Below are positions 34,531-46,361 of a stretch of 64,000 bases of DNA, one piece after another (the first letter of the stretch is position 1; each line of letters starts with the position of its first letter). The position numbers were made by a program, and so were the translations under genes. The stretch comes from Gemmatimonadota bacterium. GTDB lineage: Bacteria > Gemmatimonadota > Gemmatimonadetes > JACCXV01 > JAHWKZ01. Under the pieces are notes generated by a model. That model ran no database searches and was not told the origin of the DNA. It saw only the letters and a program-made list of their open reading frames with translations. The DNA is taken from assembly GCA_039588915.1 (NCBI GenBank), contig JBDGYV010000004.1:2632-66631 (forward strand), written 5' to 3'.

Positions 34531-34593
34531 ATGATCGATAGAATCCAGTGCATCGTGTGTCTCCGCCAGGCGGAGACTTTTTTTTGCGCATGA
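34531..34593 (+). CDS. Putative 20-codon leader peptide (MIDRIQCIVCLRQAETFFCA) overlapping the carA start
   Basis: Strong SD AAGGGAG 4 nt upstream of the ATG. The TGA stop overlaps the carA ATG (ATGA). The ORF encloses the terminator hairpin and the T8 run. Confidence 0.4.
   Translation: MIDRIQCIVCLRQAETFFCA
34559..34585 (+). terminator. Intrinsic terminator/attenuator hairpin (gtctccgcc-a-ggcggagac) + T8 inside the carA leader
   Basis: A perfect 9-nt inverted repeat is immediately followed by TTTTTTTT, ending 5 nt before the carA ATG. Confidence 0.7.
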
Positions 34594-35717
34594 GCGCGGT
34601 GCGGCAACCCGCTCGGCTAGCGCTCGAGGACGGTTGGACGGCCCTCGGGGTAGCGGTCGGCGCGACCGGTACCGCGACCGGTGAGTGCGTGTTCAACACC
34701 TGCCTCTCAGGCTACGAGGAGGTGTTGACCGATCCTTCCTACACCGGTCAGTTGGTCGTCATGACGTATCCGCTGATCGGGAACTACGGCATCACCGTCG
34801 AAGACGGCGAGTCGGATGCGCCCCAGGTGGCGGGTTTCGTGATGCGTGAGTGCATCCAGGAGCCATCCAGCTGGCGGGCGGTTGAAACGCTGCCGTCGCA
34901 TCTGGAGCGCAACGATGTCGTCGCGATCGAGGGAATCGACACACGCGCGCTGACTCGTCACCTGCGGCAGTGGGGCGCACTGAGGGGCGTCATTTCGACC
35001 GAGCTCTTGGAGCCGGACGCCGCGGTCGCCCGGGCGGCTTCGATCGCGCCGATGGAAGGGCAGGATCTGACGGGGGAAGTGTCGTGCCCGGCGGCCACGG
35101 TCGAAGGGGACGGTGAGCTGCTGGTCGCTGCGTTCGACTTGGGCTTGAAGCAGAATATCGTGCGACGGTTGAGCGCCGGGGGTTGCCGGGTCGTTCGGTT
35201 GCCTGCCGACGCCACTGCGGATGTGGCGTTGGAACTCGCGCCCGATGGGCTCTTCGTCTCCAATGGTCCCGGTGATCCGGCGGCGGTCGGGTGTGCGATC
35301 GCCACGCTCAAAGCGTTGGCGTTGCGAGCACCCGAGCTGCCCACGTTTGGCATCTGCCTGGGACATCAGCTGTTGGCATTGGCCCATGGCGGCGAGACGT
35401 ACAAGCTCAAGTTTGGTCACCACGGTGGGAATCATCCGGTCCAGAAGTTGTCGACCGGGCGGATCGATATCACGTCGCACAACCACGGGTTCGCGGTGGC
35501 GGAAGCGCGTCACGGACGGAAGCGCTCGGTTGCTGGGGCTCCCGAGCTCGAGGTCACTCACGTCAACTTGTACGACGACACTGTCGAGGGCTTTCGACAT
35601 GTCGACCGGCCACTGTTCGCCGTGCAGTACCATCCCGAGGCGGCGCCCGGACCACACGATGCCTTCCACCATCTGAACGAGTTCATCGGCGCGATGCGAG
35701 CAGCCAAGCGGGCCTAG
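34590..35717 (+). CDS. carA: Carbamoyl-phosphate synthase small (glutaminase) subunit
   Basis: CPSase small-chain N-domain and GATase with GICLGHQ and the catalytic HH. ATG 34590 was chosen; the track's 34548 GTG extension runs through the terminator. Confidence 0.9.
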   Translation: MSAVRQPARLALEDGWTALGVAVGATGTATGECVFNTCLSGYEEVLTDPSYTGQLVVMTYPLIGNYGITVEDGESDAPQVAGFVMRECIQEPSSWRAVETLPSHLERNDVVAIEGIDTRALTRHLRQWGALRGVISTELLEPDAAVARAASIAPMEGQDLTGEVSCPAATVEGDGELLVAAFDLGLKQNIVRRLSAGGCRVVRLPADATADVALELAPDGLFVSNGPGDPAAVGCAIATLKALALRAPELPTFGICLGHQLLALAHGGETYKLKFGHHGGNHPVQKLSTGRIDITSHNHGFAVAEARHGRKRSVAGAPELEVTHVNLYDDTVEGFRHVDRPLFAVQYHPEAAPGPHDAFHHLNEFIGAMRAAKRA

Positions 35718-35720
35718 CCG

Positions 35721-38936
<3,216 letters not shown>

Positions 38937-39025
38937 CAAGCGCTTGCGGCGACGTATCTTGGTCCGCGCTTCACGTCGATGACCGGATTTGGAGCCAACG
39001 ACGGCGCGAGGACAGGAGAGAGACC

Positions 39026-39346
39026 ATGACTAAAGCCGACCTCGTCGAGCAGATTGCTGAGGCGACCGGGCTCACCAAGAAGGACACAGCCGTCGTCGTT
39101 GACGGCTTTCTCGAAGCGGTCAAACAGGCCTTGACCCGCGAGCAGAACATCGAAATTCGTGGTTTCGGGTCGTTCAAGGTCAAGCAGCGCAAGGCCAGGA
39201 AAGCCCGCAACCCAAGGACCGGTGAGGCGGTTCACGTCCCCGGACGGATGGTGCCGACCTTCAAGCCCTCGAAGGAGCTGAAGGAGCTCGTGATGCAGGG
39301 TGGCGCAACCGCATCCGAGGCCCCGTCACGCAAGCCGGTCTACTAG
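39026..39346 (+). CDS. HU-family nucleoid-associated DNA-binding protein (with C-terminal extension)
   Basis: RBS AGGAGAG. MTKADLVEQIAEATGLTKKD..RGFGSFKVKQRKARKARNPRTGE is the HU/IHF fold. Confidence 0.85.
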   Translation: MTKADLVEQIAEATGLTKKDTAVVVDGFLEAVKQALTREQNIEIRGFGSFKVKQRKARKARNPRTGEAVHVPGRMVPTFKPSKELKELVMQGGATASEAPSRKPVY

Positions 39347-39396
39347 GCTAGAACCCGGGCGCACCGCCCGGTCGCAACTCAGTTTCCCCACCGACT

Positions 39397-39473
39397 GCGC
39401 CCGTAGCTCAGCTGGATAGAGCGACGGCCTCCGGAGCCGTAGGTCAGAGGTTCGAATCCTCTCGGGCGCACCA
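39397..39473 (+). tRNA. tRNA-Arg (anticodon CCG)
   Basis: Cloverleaf: acceptor gcgcccg/cgggcgc, D-arm gctcagctggatagagc, anticodon arm acggc-cuCCGga-gccgt, T-arm agagg-ttcgaat-cctct, discriminator A and encoded CCA. Confidence 0.85.
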
Positions 39474-39639
39474 CACACGTCGATGAATCCCCTCGTTTGA
39501 CCAGATTCTTAGCCTCGATTAGGCTTGAAGCAGAGTCAAGGGTCCTCGCTTCCTCCGCGACGCCTTCCTAACGACGCCACGAAGGACCCAAGATCGCCGA
39601 GCTCCTGAAGGGCGGAGCCCCACCCCAAGGAGACACACT

Positions 39640-39924
39640 ATGAGACTGCTCGGTCTAGCTCCTTCCTTATGGCTGATTTTGGCGCTGGCATGTCAGAGCG
39701 GATCCGGTGGAACTGGAGTTGCGACCTCGGGCGGAGAAGTTTCGAGCCCGGAACATGCCGCTTCGAGTCAGGACGAGGATCGGAACCGGGCAGCGGAACG
39801 GGAAGCTGCCGAGCGCTGGGCCGAGCGGGCCGCCGAACACGCAGCCAGAGAGCGCGCCATCCGCGAGCGCTGGCGAGAGCGAATCGACGAACAACAGCAA
39901 GCCCAAGCCGAGCGGTCAAGGTAG
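39640..39924 (+). CDS. Hypothetical lipoprotein with Ala/Glu/Arg-rich coiled-coil tail
   Basis: RBS AAGGAGA. Lipobox LALAC. Low-complexity helical repeat AAEREAAERWAERAAEHAARERAIRERWRER. Confidence 0.4.
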   Translation: MRLLGLAPSLWLILALACQSGSGGTGVATSGGEVSSPEHAASSQDEDRNRAAEREAAERWAERAAEHAARERAIRERWRERIDEQQQAQAERSR

Positions 39925-40017
39925 GGGAAGAAAACCGAGGAAGACGTCCCGAACAGGCAACCGCAGTAACCTGGCAATGCTCCGCGCGGAGGACCCCGCC
40001 GGAATAGGAGGTTAAAA

Positions 40018-41706
40018 ATGGCTCGTATTTCATTAGTTCCATCGATGGCCTTCACGGTCTTGCTTGCGGTTCTGGCCGGCTCCTGTACGGAGCCCGCCCG
40101 TGACGACGACTCGACCATGGACGAGTCGGCGACACCAGAGGCCGTCTCGCGCGTGCTCGGTCGGTACGTCACGGTGCCCCTCACTGCCGACCTGAGCGGC
40201 CTACCTGACCACGAACGGGCGATGATTCCCCTCCTCATCGAGGCCGTCGAGCCCATGAACTCTGCGTTTTGGATGGAAGCCTACGGCGACCCCGGCGACA
40301 TGCTCGGGGGCACGGGAGACGCCAACACGAAGCTGGCGCTAGAGGCGAACTTCGGACCTTGGGACCGCTTGGACGGCGATGCGCCCTTCCTGCCAGGCAT
40401 CGGGGAGAAGCCGGCGGGAGCAAACTTCTACCCGGCCGACATGACCCGCGAGGAATTCGAAGCCGCTGCCGAAGCCGCTCCGGACGGAGGCACTGCGCTA
40501 CGCAGCTTGTACACATTCGTTCGACGGGATGCCGCCGGAGAGTTGGAGGCCGTTCCGTACCACGTCGCGTTCGCCAGCGAGCACGCGCTCGCGGCCGAGA
40601 AGCTGCTGGCTGCCGCCGCGCTCACAACGGAGCCGGACGTCCGGGCGTACTTGGAGGCGCTATCGGCGGCACTCCTCACCGATGACTATCGAGCCAGCGA
40701 CCTCGCCTGGATGGACATGAAGGCGGGCGGACTCGACGTGGTCTTGGGCCCAATCGAGACGTACGAGGACCAGTTGTTCGGCCAGAAGGCGGCCCATGAG
40801 GGTTACGTGTTGGTCAAGGACCTGGTCTGGAGCGAACGACTCGGTCGCTATGCTACGATGCTGCCCGACATGCAGCGCGGCATCCCGGTTCCGGACGCTT
40901 ACAAGACGGAGACCCCCGGGTCGGATGCGGACCTGGGCGCGTACGATGTCGTGTACGTGGCGGGGCAGGCCAACGAGGGCGCAAAAACGATCGCCTTCAA
41001 CCTCCCCAATGACGAGGAAGTACAGCTCCAGAAGGGTACTCGGCGGGTACAGATGAAGAACGTGATGCGGGCGAAGTTCGACTACATCCTTAGCCCGCTC
41101 GCGGACGTGTTGATTGCCGAAGACCAGCGGTCGCTGGTGACGTTCGACGCGTTCTTCGATAACACCATGTTCCACGAAGTCGCCCACGGACTCGGGATCA
41201 AGAACACGATCACGGGGGCGGGTACCGTGCGGGAGGCGCTCCAGGCGCATTATTCGCCCCTGGAGGAGGGGAAGGCTGACGTGCTCGGTCTTTACTTCGT
41301 GACCCGGCTATACGATCAGGGTGAAGCCATGGACGGGACCTTGGAGGAGCATTACGTGACGTTTATGGCAAGCATCTTTCGCTCCATCCGGTTCGGCGCG
41401 TCCAGCGCGCACGGGCGAGCGAACATGATGCGTTTCAACTTTTTCAAGGAACGCGGGGCGTTCACGCGGGACCCGGCTTCGGGCACGTACCGCGTAAACA
41501 TCGATCGGATGCAGGAAGCCATGAACGACCTGACCGAGCTGATCCTCACCGTGCAGGGTGACGGCGACCACGAACGAGCCGGCGAGATCTTCGACGAGAT
41601 GGGCACGATCGGGAGCGAGCTGCAGTCGGACCTCGACCGCCTCGCCGAACTCGAGGTACCCGTCGACCTGCTCTTCGAACAGGGACCCGACGTGCTGGCC
41701 CGTTAG
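40018..41706 (+). CDS. Zn-metallopeptidase lipoprotein, dipeptidyl-peptidase III (M49)-like
   Basis: RBS GGAGG. Lipobox LAGSC. HEVAH zinc motif followed by the EEGKAD second ligand motif, in the spacing seen in M49-type enzymes. Confidence 0.5.
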   Translation: MARISLVPSMAFTVLLAVLAGSCTEPARDDDSTMDESATPEAVSRVLGRYVTVPLTADLSGLPDHERAMIPLLIEAVEPMNSAFWMEAYGDPGDMLGGTGDANTKLALEANFGPWDRLDGDAPFLPGIGEKPAGANFYPADMTREEFEAAAEAAPDGGTALRSLYTFVRRDAAGELEAVPYHVAFASEHALAAEKLLAAAALTTEPDVRAYLEALSAALLTDDYRASDLAWMDMKAGGLDVVLGPIETYEDQLFGQKAAHEGYVLVKDLVWSERLGRYATMLPDMQRGIPVPDAYKTETPGSDADLGAYDVVYVAGQANEGAKTIAFNLPNDEEVQLQKGTRRVQMKNVMRAKFDYILSPLADVLIAEDQRSLVTFDAFFDNTMFHEVAHGLGIKNTITGAGTVREALQAHYSPLEEGKADVLGLYFVTRLYDQGEAMDGTLEEHYVTFMASIFRSIRFGASSAHGRANMMRFNFFKERGAFTRDPASGTYRVNIDRMQEAMNDLTELILTVQGDGDHERAGEIFDEMGTIGSELQSDLDRLAELEVPVDLLFEQGPDVLAR

Positions 41707-41742
41707 GGCGTTGGGCCAGACAGCTTCTGAGGATTCAAAAAA

Positions 41743-41777
41743 AGAGGGGTCGCTGTTAGCGACCCCTCTTCTGTTTA
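41743..41777. terminator. Bidirectional intrinsic terminator (A-tract / agaggggtcgc-tgtt-gcgacccctct / T-rich)
   Basis: An 11-bp perfect stem is flanked by aaaaaa on one side and tctgttt on the other. Confidence 0.7.
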
Positions 41778-41940
41778 CGCGGGAACTCAATCGGTCGGGG
41801 GTTCACCTTCCTTTCATTGAGCCAGACCGAGTGCGACACTGTGTAAGGGTTTCCCTTGCGCTGTCTAAATGATCAGGGTTTTCACCTCAAGCACATCAAG
41901 GTGATCGCCGTCGTCGAAGGCTAGATTGCTTGCTCCGAGG

Positions 41941-44589
41941 ATGATCGCACAGCCAGCCACTGACGCTGATCTCCCGTCGGGGACGGTCACGTTCCTTTTC
42001 ACCGACATCGAGGGCAGCACTCGTTTGTGGGAGAAGGACGCCGCCCACATGAAGGCGAACCTCGAGCGCCACGACCAGATCATCCTCGACACCGTTGATG
42101 CCCACGGTGGCCACGTTTTCAATACGGTGGGTGACGGATTTTGGACGGTGTTTGAGCGGCCGCCACAAGCAGTGGAAGCGGCGCTGACCATTCACCGTGA
42201 TCTCGATCGGGAAGCCGAACGAGCCACGAATCCGCTGCGCGTTCGGGTAGCGATACACACCGGAGAGGCAGACCAACGAGAGGGAGTTTACTCCGGGGCT
42301 ACGGTGAGCCGAGTCGCCCGTCTTACCCCCGTGGCCCATGGTGGCCAGACGATCCTGTCCCGGACCGCGTGGGATCTGGTGCGCAACGCGCTGCCCGACG
42401 AAATGACGCTGCGCGACCTCGGCTACCACCGCCTCCCCGATCTCGAGTCTCCGGAACAGATCTACCAGCTTGAGCATCCCGGGCTCCGGTCGGAGTTCCC
42501 GCCGTTGAGATCGCTGGACACGATGCCCCACAACCTGCCCCTCCAACTGACAAGCTTCGTGGGTCGGGAAGCGGAGATCGAGGAAGTTCGGAAACTGTTG
42601 GCAGCCCATCGCGTCGTCACGCTTTCAGGAATCGGAGGTCAAGGCAAGACTCGCCTCGCGCTGCAATTGGCGGCTCAAGTGTTGAAGATGTTCCCGGACG
42701 GTGTCTGGTTCGTCGAACTCGCCAGACTTACCGATCCAGCGCGGGTTCCACAAGCTGTCGCGAACGCTCTCGGCGTACGTGAGGTGCCGGGACGTGACGT
42801 GGCCGACATGCTGATGCAGCACTTGTGTTCACAAACGGCTCTGATCGTGCTAGACAACTGCGAACATTTGATCGACGCGAGCGCGGTGTGGGTCGAGACG
42901 GCGTTGCAGACAGCGCCACGGTTGAAAGTGCTGGCAACAAGTCGGGAGATGCTGGGAATCCCCGGGGAAGTGGTATTCGTGGTTCCGTCGTTAGCTGCGC
43001 CGGCCATCGGAATCGATCCGAAGGACACGTCTCCATCGGACCTGACTGCCTATGAAGCGGTCCAGTTGTTTGTCGAACGCGCTGCACTTGTAAAACCAGG
43101 TTTCGCTATTGATGGGAGCGCTCAATCGGTGGGTCAGATCTGTGCGCGGCTGGATGGAATCCCCCATGCGATCGAGCTGGCCGCGGCGCGTGTTGCGGTT
43201 CTGTCGCCGGATCAGATCGCGGCGCGTCTCGACGACTGTTTTCAGCTTCTGGGAGTCGGCAGTCGTACGGCGTCGCCTCGTCATCAGACGCTTCGGGCGG
43301 TGATCGATTGGAGTCATGACTTACTAGAAGAGCAGGAACAGAGGTTACTGCGACGGCTGGCGGTCTTCGTTGGCGGTTGGACGCTGGAGGCCGCTGAAGA
43401 GATCTGGGGCGAGTCGGGGACCCTCGACCTTCTATCGCGGCTCGTCGACAAGTCTCTCGTCGTCGCCGAGCCGTCGGACGCGACAGGTATGCGCTATCGG
43501 CTACTGGAAACGACTCGACGCTACGCGCGCGAAAAGCTCGCTGCAGCGGGCGAGGGTGAAGCGATCGAGAGACGACACCGGGACTGGACGCTCGCGCTCG
43601 TCGAGTCGGTCGATCTTGGATTCCCGGGTTCGGACGTCGCGCTGAGACTGGAGTCACTGGAGACCGAGAACGACAACGTGCGCGCGGCGTTGGAGTGGAG
43701 CCTGGCGCGAAACGAATCTGAGCCGGCGCTTTGGATCGTTGCCTCGATGAAGCACTTCTGGAAGTCGAACGGTTTGTTGACTGAGGGGATCGAGTGGTGC
43801 AAGAGGGCGCTTGCCGCCGGCTCGGAGTTGAGCATAGCGAGGAGCCAGGCGCTGAGCGTTCTCAGCGCGCTTTCGTTTTTTCACGGCGATGTCGACCGCG
43901 CCCGTTCGGCGGCCGAGGAAGCGCTGACGATCGCGCGAGAGGTAGACGACACGCGGAGCCTGATGCTCGCGCTTTCAGCAGTCGCGAGGAACGCCTCGCT
44001 CAGTGAGAGCGACTACGAGATTGGAAGCGTCGCCGCCGACGAGGGATTGCGGTTGGCTCGGGAGCTCGGAAATCGGGATTCGGAACTGGTCCTCCTCGTG
44101 AATCAGGGGGACGCCGATCGATACTGGGGACACCTGAAACGAGCGGAAGAGATGTACGAAGAGGCGCGAGCTCTGTGTCGCGCTTCGGAGAATCGGTATC
44201 GAGAAGTGGAGCTGCTGTTCAACTTGGGTCAGACAGCGCTCGCCATGGGGAACGCGGATGAAGCCGACCGACGCTATCGACAATTGGAGCGGCTCACTAC
44301 CGAGTTCCACCATCTAGCTGGCCGTTTGCAGGCGCTCATCGGCATGGCGGAAGTCTATGCGACCAGGGGTGCGCACGATCGGGCGGCGCGACTGCTGGGC
44401 GCCAGCGAGGCGGGACTAGAAACCCAGGGCCGAACGCTCGATCCCCCCGATCACCTGCTCTACGATCGCTCCGTTGCTGCGGCGCGAGAGACCCTTGGCG
44501 AACGAGCCTTCGCGGCCGCCTGGGCAGAGGGGGGCGAATTGACGCTCGACGAGGCGGTAGCCGAGGCGTTTGGGGACGCGCCTACCTAG
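41941..44589 (+). CDS. Multidomain signalling protein: class III adenylate/guanylate cyclase domain + NB-ARC/AAA-type ATPase + TPR repeats
   Basis: N-terminal VTFLFTDIEGSTRLWE..FNTVGDGFW cyclase core. P-loop GIGGQGKTRLA and the hhhhD box LIVLDNCEH. C-terminal TPR-like repeats. TTG 41926 is an alternative start. Confidence 0.7.
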   Translation: MIAQPATDADLPSGTVTFLFTDIEGSTRLWEKDAAHMKANLERHDQIILDTVDAHGGHVFNTVGDGFWTVFERPPQAVEAALTIHRDLDREAERATNPLRVRVAIHTGEADQREGVYSGATVSRVARLTPVAHGGQTILSRTAWDLVRNALPDEMTLRDLGYHRLPDLESPEQIYQLEHPGLRSEFPPLRSLDTMPHNLPLQLTSFVGREAEIEEVRKLLAAHRVVTLSGIGGQGKTRLALQLAAQVLKMFPDGVWFVELARLTDPARVPQAVANALGVREVPGRDVADMLMQHLCSQTALIVLDNCEHLIDASAVWVETALQTAPRLKVLATSREMLGIPGEVVFVVPSLAAPAIGIDPKDTSPSDLTAYEAVQLFVERAALVKPGFAIDGSAQSVGQICARLDGIPHAIELAAARVAVLSPDQIAARLDDCFQLLGVGSRTASPRHQTLRAVIDWSHDLLEEQEQRLLRRLAVFVGGWTLEAAEEIWGESGTLDLLSRLVDKSLVVAEPSDATGMRYRLLETTRRYAREKLAAAGEGEAIERRHRDWTLALVESVDLGFPGSDVALRLESLETENDNVRAALEWSLARNESEPALWIVASMKHFWKSNGLLTEGIEWCKRALAAGSELSIARSQALSVLSALSFFHGDVDRARSAAEEALTIAREVDDTRSLMLALSAVARNASLSESDYEIGSVAADEGLRLARELGNRDSELVLLVNQGDADRYWGHLKRAEEMYEEARALCRASENRYREVELLFNLGQTALAMGNADEADRRYRQLERLTTEFHHLAGRLQALIGMAEVYATRGAHDRAARLLGASEAGLETQGRTLDPPDHLLYDRSVAAARETLGERAFAAAWAEGGELTLDEAVAEAFGDAPT

Positions 44590-44614
44590 CCTTTACCTGC
44601 TGTTGTCTTGATGC

Positions 44615-45064
44615 TTAGTAGTCGTCGTCGTGATCGTCCTCGTGGTCGTCGTGGTGCTTCTTGTCGTAGTGCTTCTTGAACTCGACTAGGATCGCTTCAC
44701 CGGCCTCATCGGACGGATTCTCCGGCAAGTGTACGACCGCGTCCGTCCAGAACGGCACGTTGGCTTCAGTCAGTGCATCAGCCGATGTCCCGTCGGGGGA
44801 TTGCATCAGCCAAGTTTGAGTCGTCAGCGAAATGACCACGCCTGCCGGGTGCTCATGCATGACCGACTTCTCACCCGGTCCGTAATGAACCCGCAGCACG
44901 CGAGCCTGGTCATTCTCGAACACTAGCTTGTAGTGGTCCGGATCGACCGCGGTCGGATCTTGCGCCCACGTTGCCGAGGCCGATAGGGCTACGAGCAGGA
45001 TCGAAAAGAGCGTTCGTACAAGCACAGCGTACCTCCGTCTTGGGACCCAGGGTTGAACCGTCAT
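44615..45064 (-). CDS. Secreted cupin-like protein with C-terminal His/Asp-rich tail (HYDKKHHDDHEDDHDDDY)
   Basis: Signal peptide, a small beta-barrel-like core (VLRVHYGPGEKSVMHEHPAGVV) and an acidic His-rich tail suggesting metal binding. The start was taken at the internal ATG 45064. Confidence 0.5.
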   Translation of the reverse strand: MTVQPWVPRRRYAVLVRTLFSILLVALSASATWAQDPTAVDPDHYKLVFENDQARVLRVHYGPGEKSVMHEHPAGVVISLTTQTWLMQSPDGTSADALTEANVPFWTDAVVHLPENPSDEAGEAILVEFKKHYDKKHHDDHEDDHDDDY

Positions 45065-45088
45065 CACCGTAGACAATAGACTGAGAGT

Positions 45089-45886
45089 ATGGGCACTGCC
45101 ATTTCGCGCATTCTCTACAAGGTGCACGGCGTACTGACGGCAAACGAACTCACGCGAGGTCCCCAGCGTCGCCTGGCACGGAAAGCAAAAGCGGCCTTCA
45201 ATGTGCCGGACGCGTACGGTGAGATCGTAAAGATCTGCCGGTTGCTACCTCCGGCAGCGATCCTCGACGTTGGGAGTCATCGTGGGGATACGATTGTCCG
45301 GTACCTCGATGAGTTCAGATCGATCCCTATTTATGGTTTCGAGCCCACCCCGGAATCGTTTCAATACCTCCAGCAACGGTTTGGTGGGTCCACCCAGGTG
45401 ACCCTTCACAGCGTAGCCCTGTCGAACGAGAGTGGAGTGCACGAGTTCTTCTGCAACGTTGATGAGCAGACAAACTCTCTCTTGGACAATGACGCTGAGA
45501 ACCAGGAGTCCTTCGGGGAGGATACTACCCACGTGCAACGGATTGAAGTTCGCACGACTACACTCGATGAGTGGGCAGCCAAAGAGTTTCCGGACGGACG
45601 CTTAGTGCTCAAGGTAGACGTCCAAGGCGCGGAGGGGCTCCTCATCGAAGGGGGTCGCGAGACTATCCGCAACCGCGTAATCGCGTTTTACAGCGAGGTA
45701 ATGCTCTCTCCTATGTACAGCGGACAGACGGACTTTGGCGCGGTTCACCAACGCCTGACGATGGAGCTTGGTTTCGTCCTACGGGACATTTATCCATGTC
45801 TGCACAGCGACAGCGGCAAAGCGGTCCAGGCGGATGCCCTGTGGGTCAAACCGGAGGTTCTAGAGGCCTTGAGCGGCCCAGCGTAG
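45089..45886 (+). CDS. FkbM-family SAM-dependent methyltransferase
   Basis: DVGSHRGDT SAM-binding region and the FkbM-type C-terminal half. Confidence 0.7.
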   Translation: MGTAISRILYKVHGVLTANELTRGPQRRLARKAKAAFNVPDAYGEIVKICRLLPPAAILDVGSHRGDTIVRYLDEFRSIPIYGFEPTPESFQYLQQRFGGSTQVTLHSVALSNESGVHEFFCNVDEQTNSLLDNDAENQESFGEDTTHVQRIEVRTTTLDEWAAKEFPDGRLVLKVDVQGAEGLLIEGGRETIRNRVIAFYSEVMLSPMYSGQTDFGAVHQRLTMELGFVLRDIYPCLHSDSGKAVQADALWVKPEVLEALSGPA

Positions 45887-46014
45887 GGAGTAGCCTACAC
45901 CGAAACACCTAATCCCCGACTTACCCCCTTCAAACGCCACAACGTATCGCAGCGGATCGTTCCCCAAGTAGGAGTTCGACTCCAGAACACCACAGGGAAG
46001 ATGCCGCGAAACGA

Positions 46015-46224
46015 TTGGAAACACGATTCTTGCCCGAAATCGCCGAGGACGCTGGGATGATCGTTGGGGTGGGGTCTGTCACTGTGCTGGCCGGAACGTT
46101 CACTCAGACGATCCGCGTTCGGGAGAGCAACCCCATCGATGGCGACAAGGACTACAAGGTCTTTGCCGCTGGCACCGGCGTCATCATCGATGGGCCGCTG
46201 GAGCTCATAGAGTCGGGACCCTGA
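46015..46224 (+). CDS. Small hypothetical ORF (56-69 aa) in long intergenic region
   Basis: TTG start at 46015, or ATG at 46054 (MIVGVGSVTVLAG...). No recognisable domain. Its stop overlaps a hairpin. Confidence 0.25.
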   Translation: METRFLPEIAEDAGMIVGVGSVTVLAGTFTQTIRVRESNPIDGDKDYKVFAAGTGVIIDGPLELIESGP

Positions 46225-46361
46225 TGCTCACTCAGGGTACCTAGGGCGCCAAACGGATGGGTTCCGGTGCCCTGGCACCGGGCCCATCTAGGCGCCCACC
46301 CTGCCAAAAACCCCGTCGGCGAGTTGCCCGCTGACCCTGTCAGACCTCCGCTTGAGCGGGC
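46219..46361 (+). repeat. Cluster of nested inverted repeats/palindromes in the 5' region of the TonB-dependent receptor gene
   Basis: ccctga-N7-tcaggg at 46219-46237. An 18-bp palindrome ccggtgcc-ct-ggcaccgg at 46264-46281, flanked by ctagggcgcc and ctaggcgccc. gcccgct-N22-agcgggc at 46326-46361, with an inner ctgac-ccT-gtcag. Confidence 0.5.

Noticed and set aside
34548-34589. GTG 34548 as the carA start (ORF-track coordinates).
   Set aside because: This N-terminal extension would be translated through the terminator hairpin and T8 run (encoding GGDFFLR). ATG 34590 gives a conventional CarA N-terminus (MSAVRQPARLALEDG), and the separate SD/ATG leader ORF in another frame explains the region better.
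38939-38948. 10-bp palindrome caagcgcttg immediately after the carB stop.
   Set aside because: Too short, no T-tract, and it occurs once. Not convincing as a terminator or operator.
45971-45994. ggagttcgactccagaacaccaca resembles the 3' end (T-arm through CCA) of the tRNA-Arg at 39397-39473, and could mark the far att site of an integrated island.
   Set aside because: The match is degenerate (about 17/23 with a gap) and no integrase or exact direct repeat is present. I treated it as coincidence and lowered the island claim accordingly.
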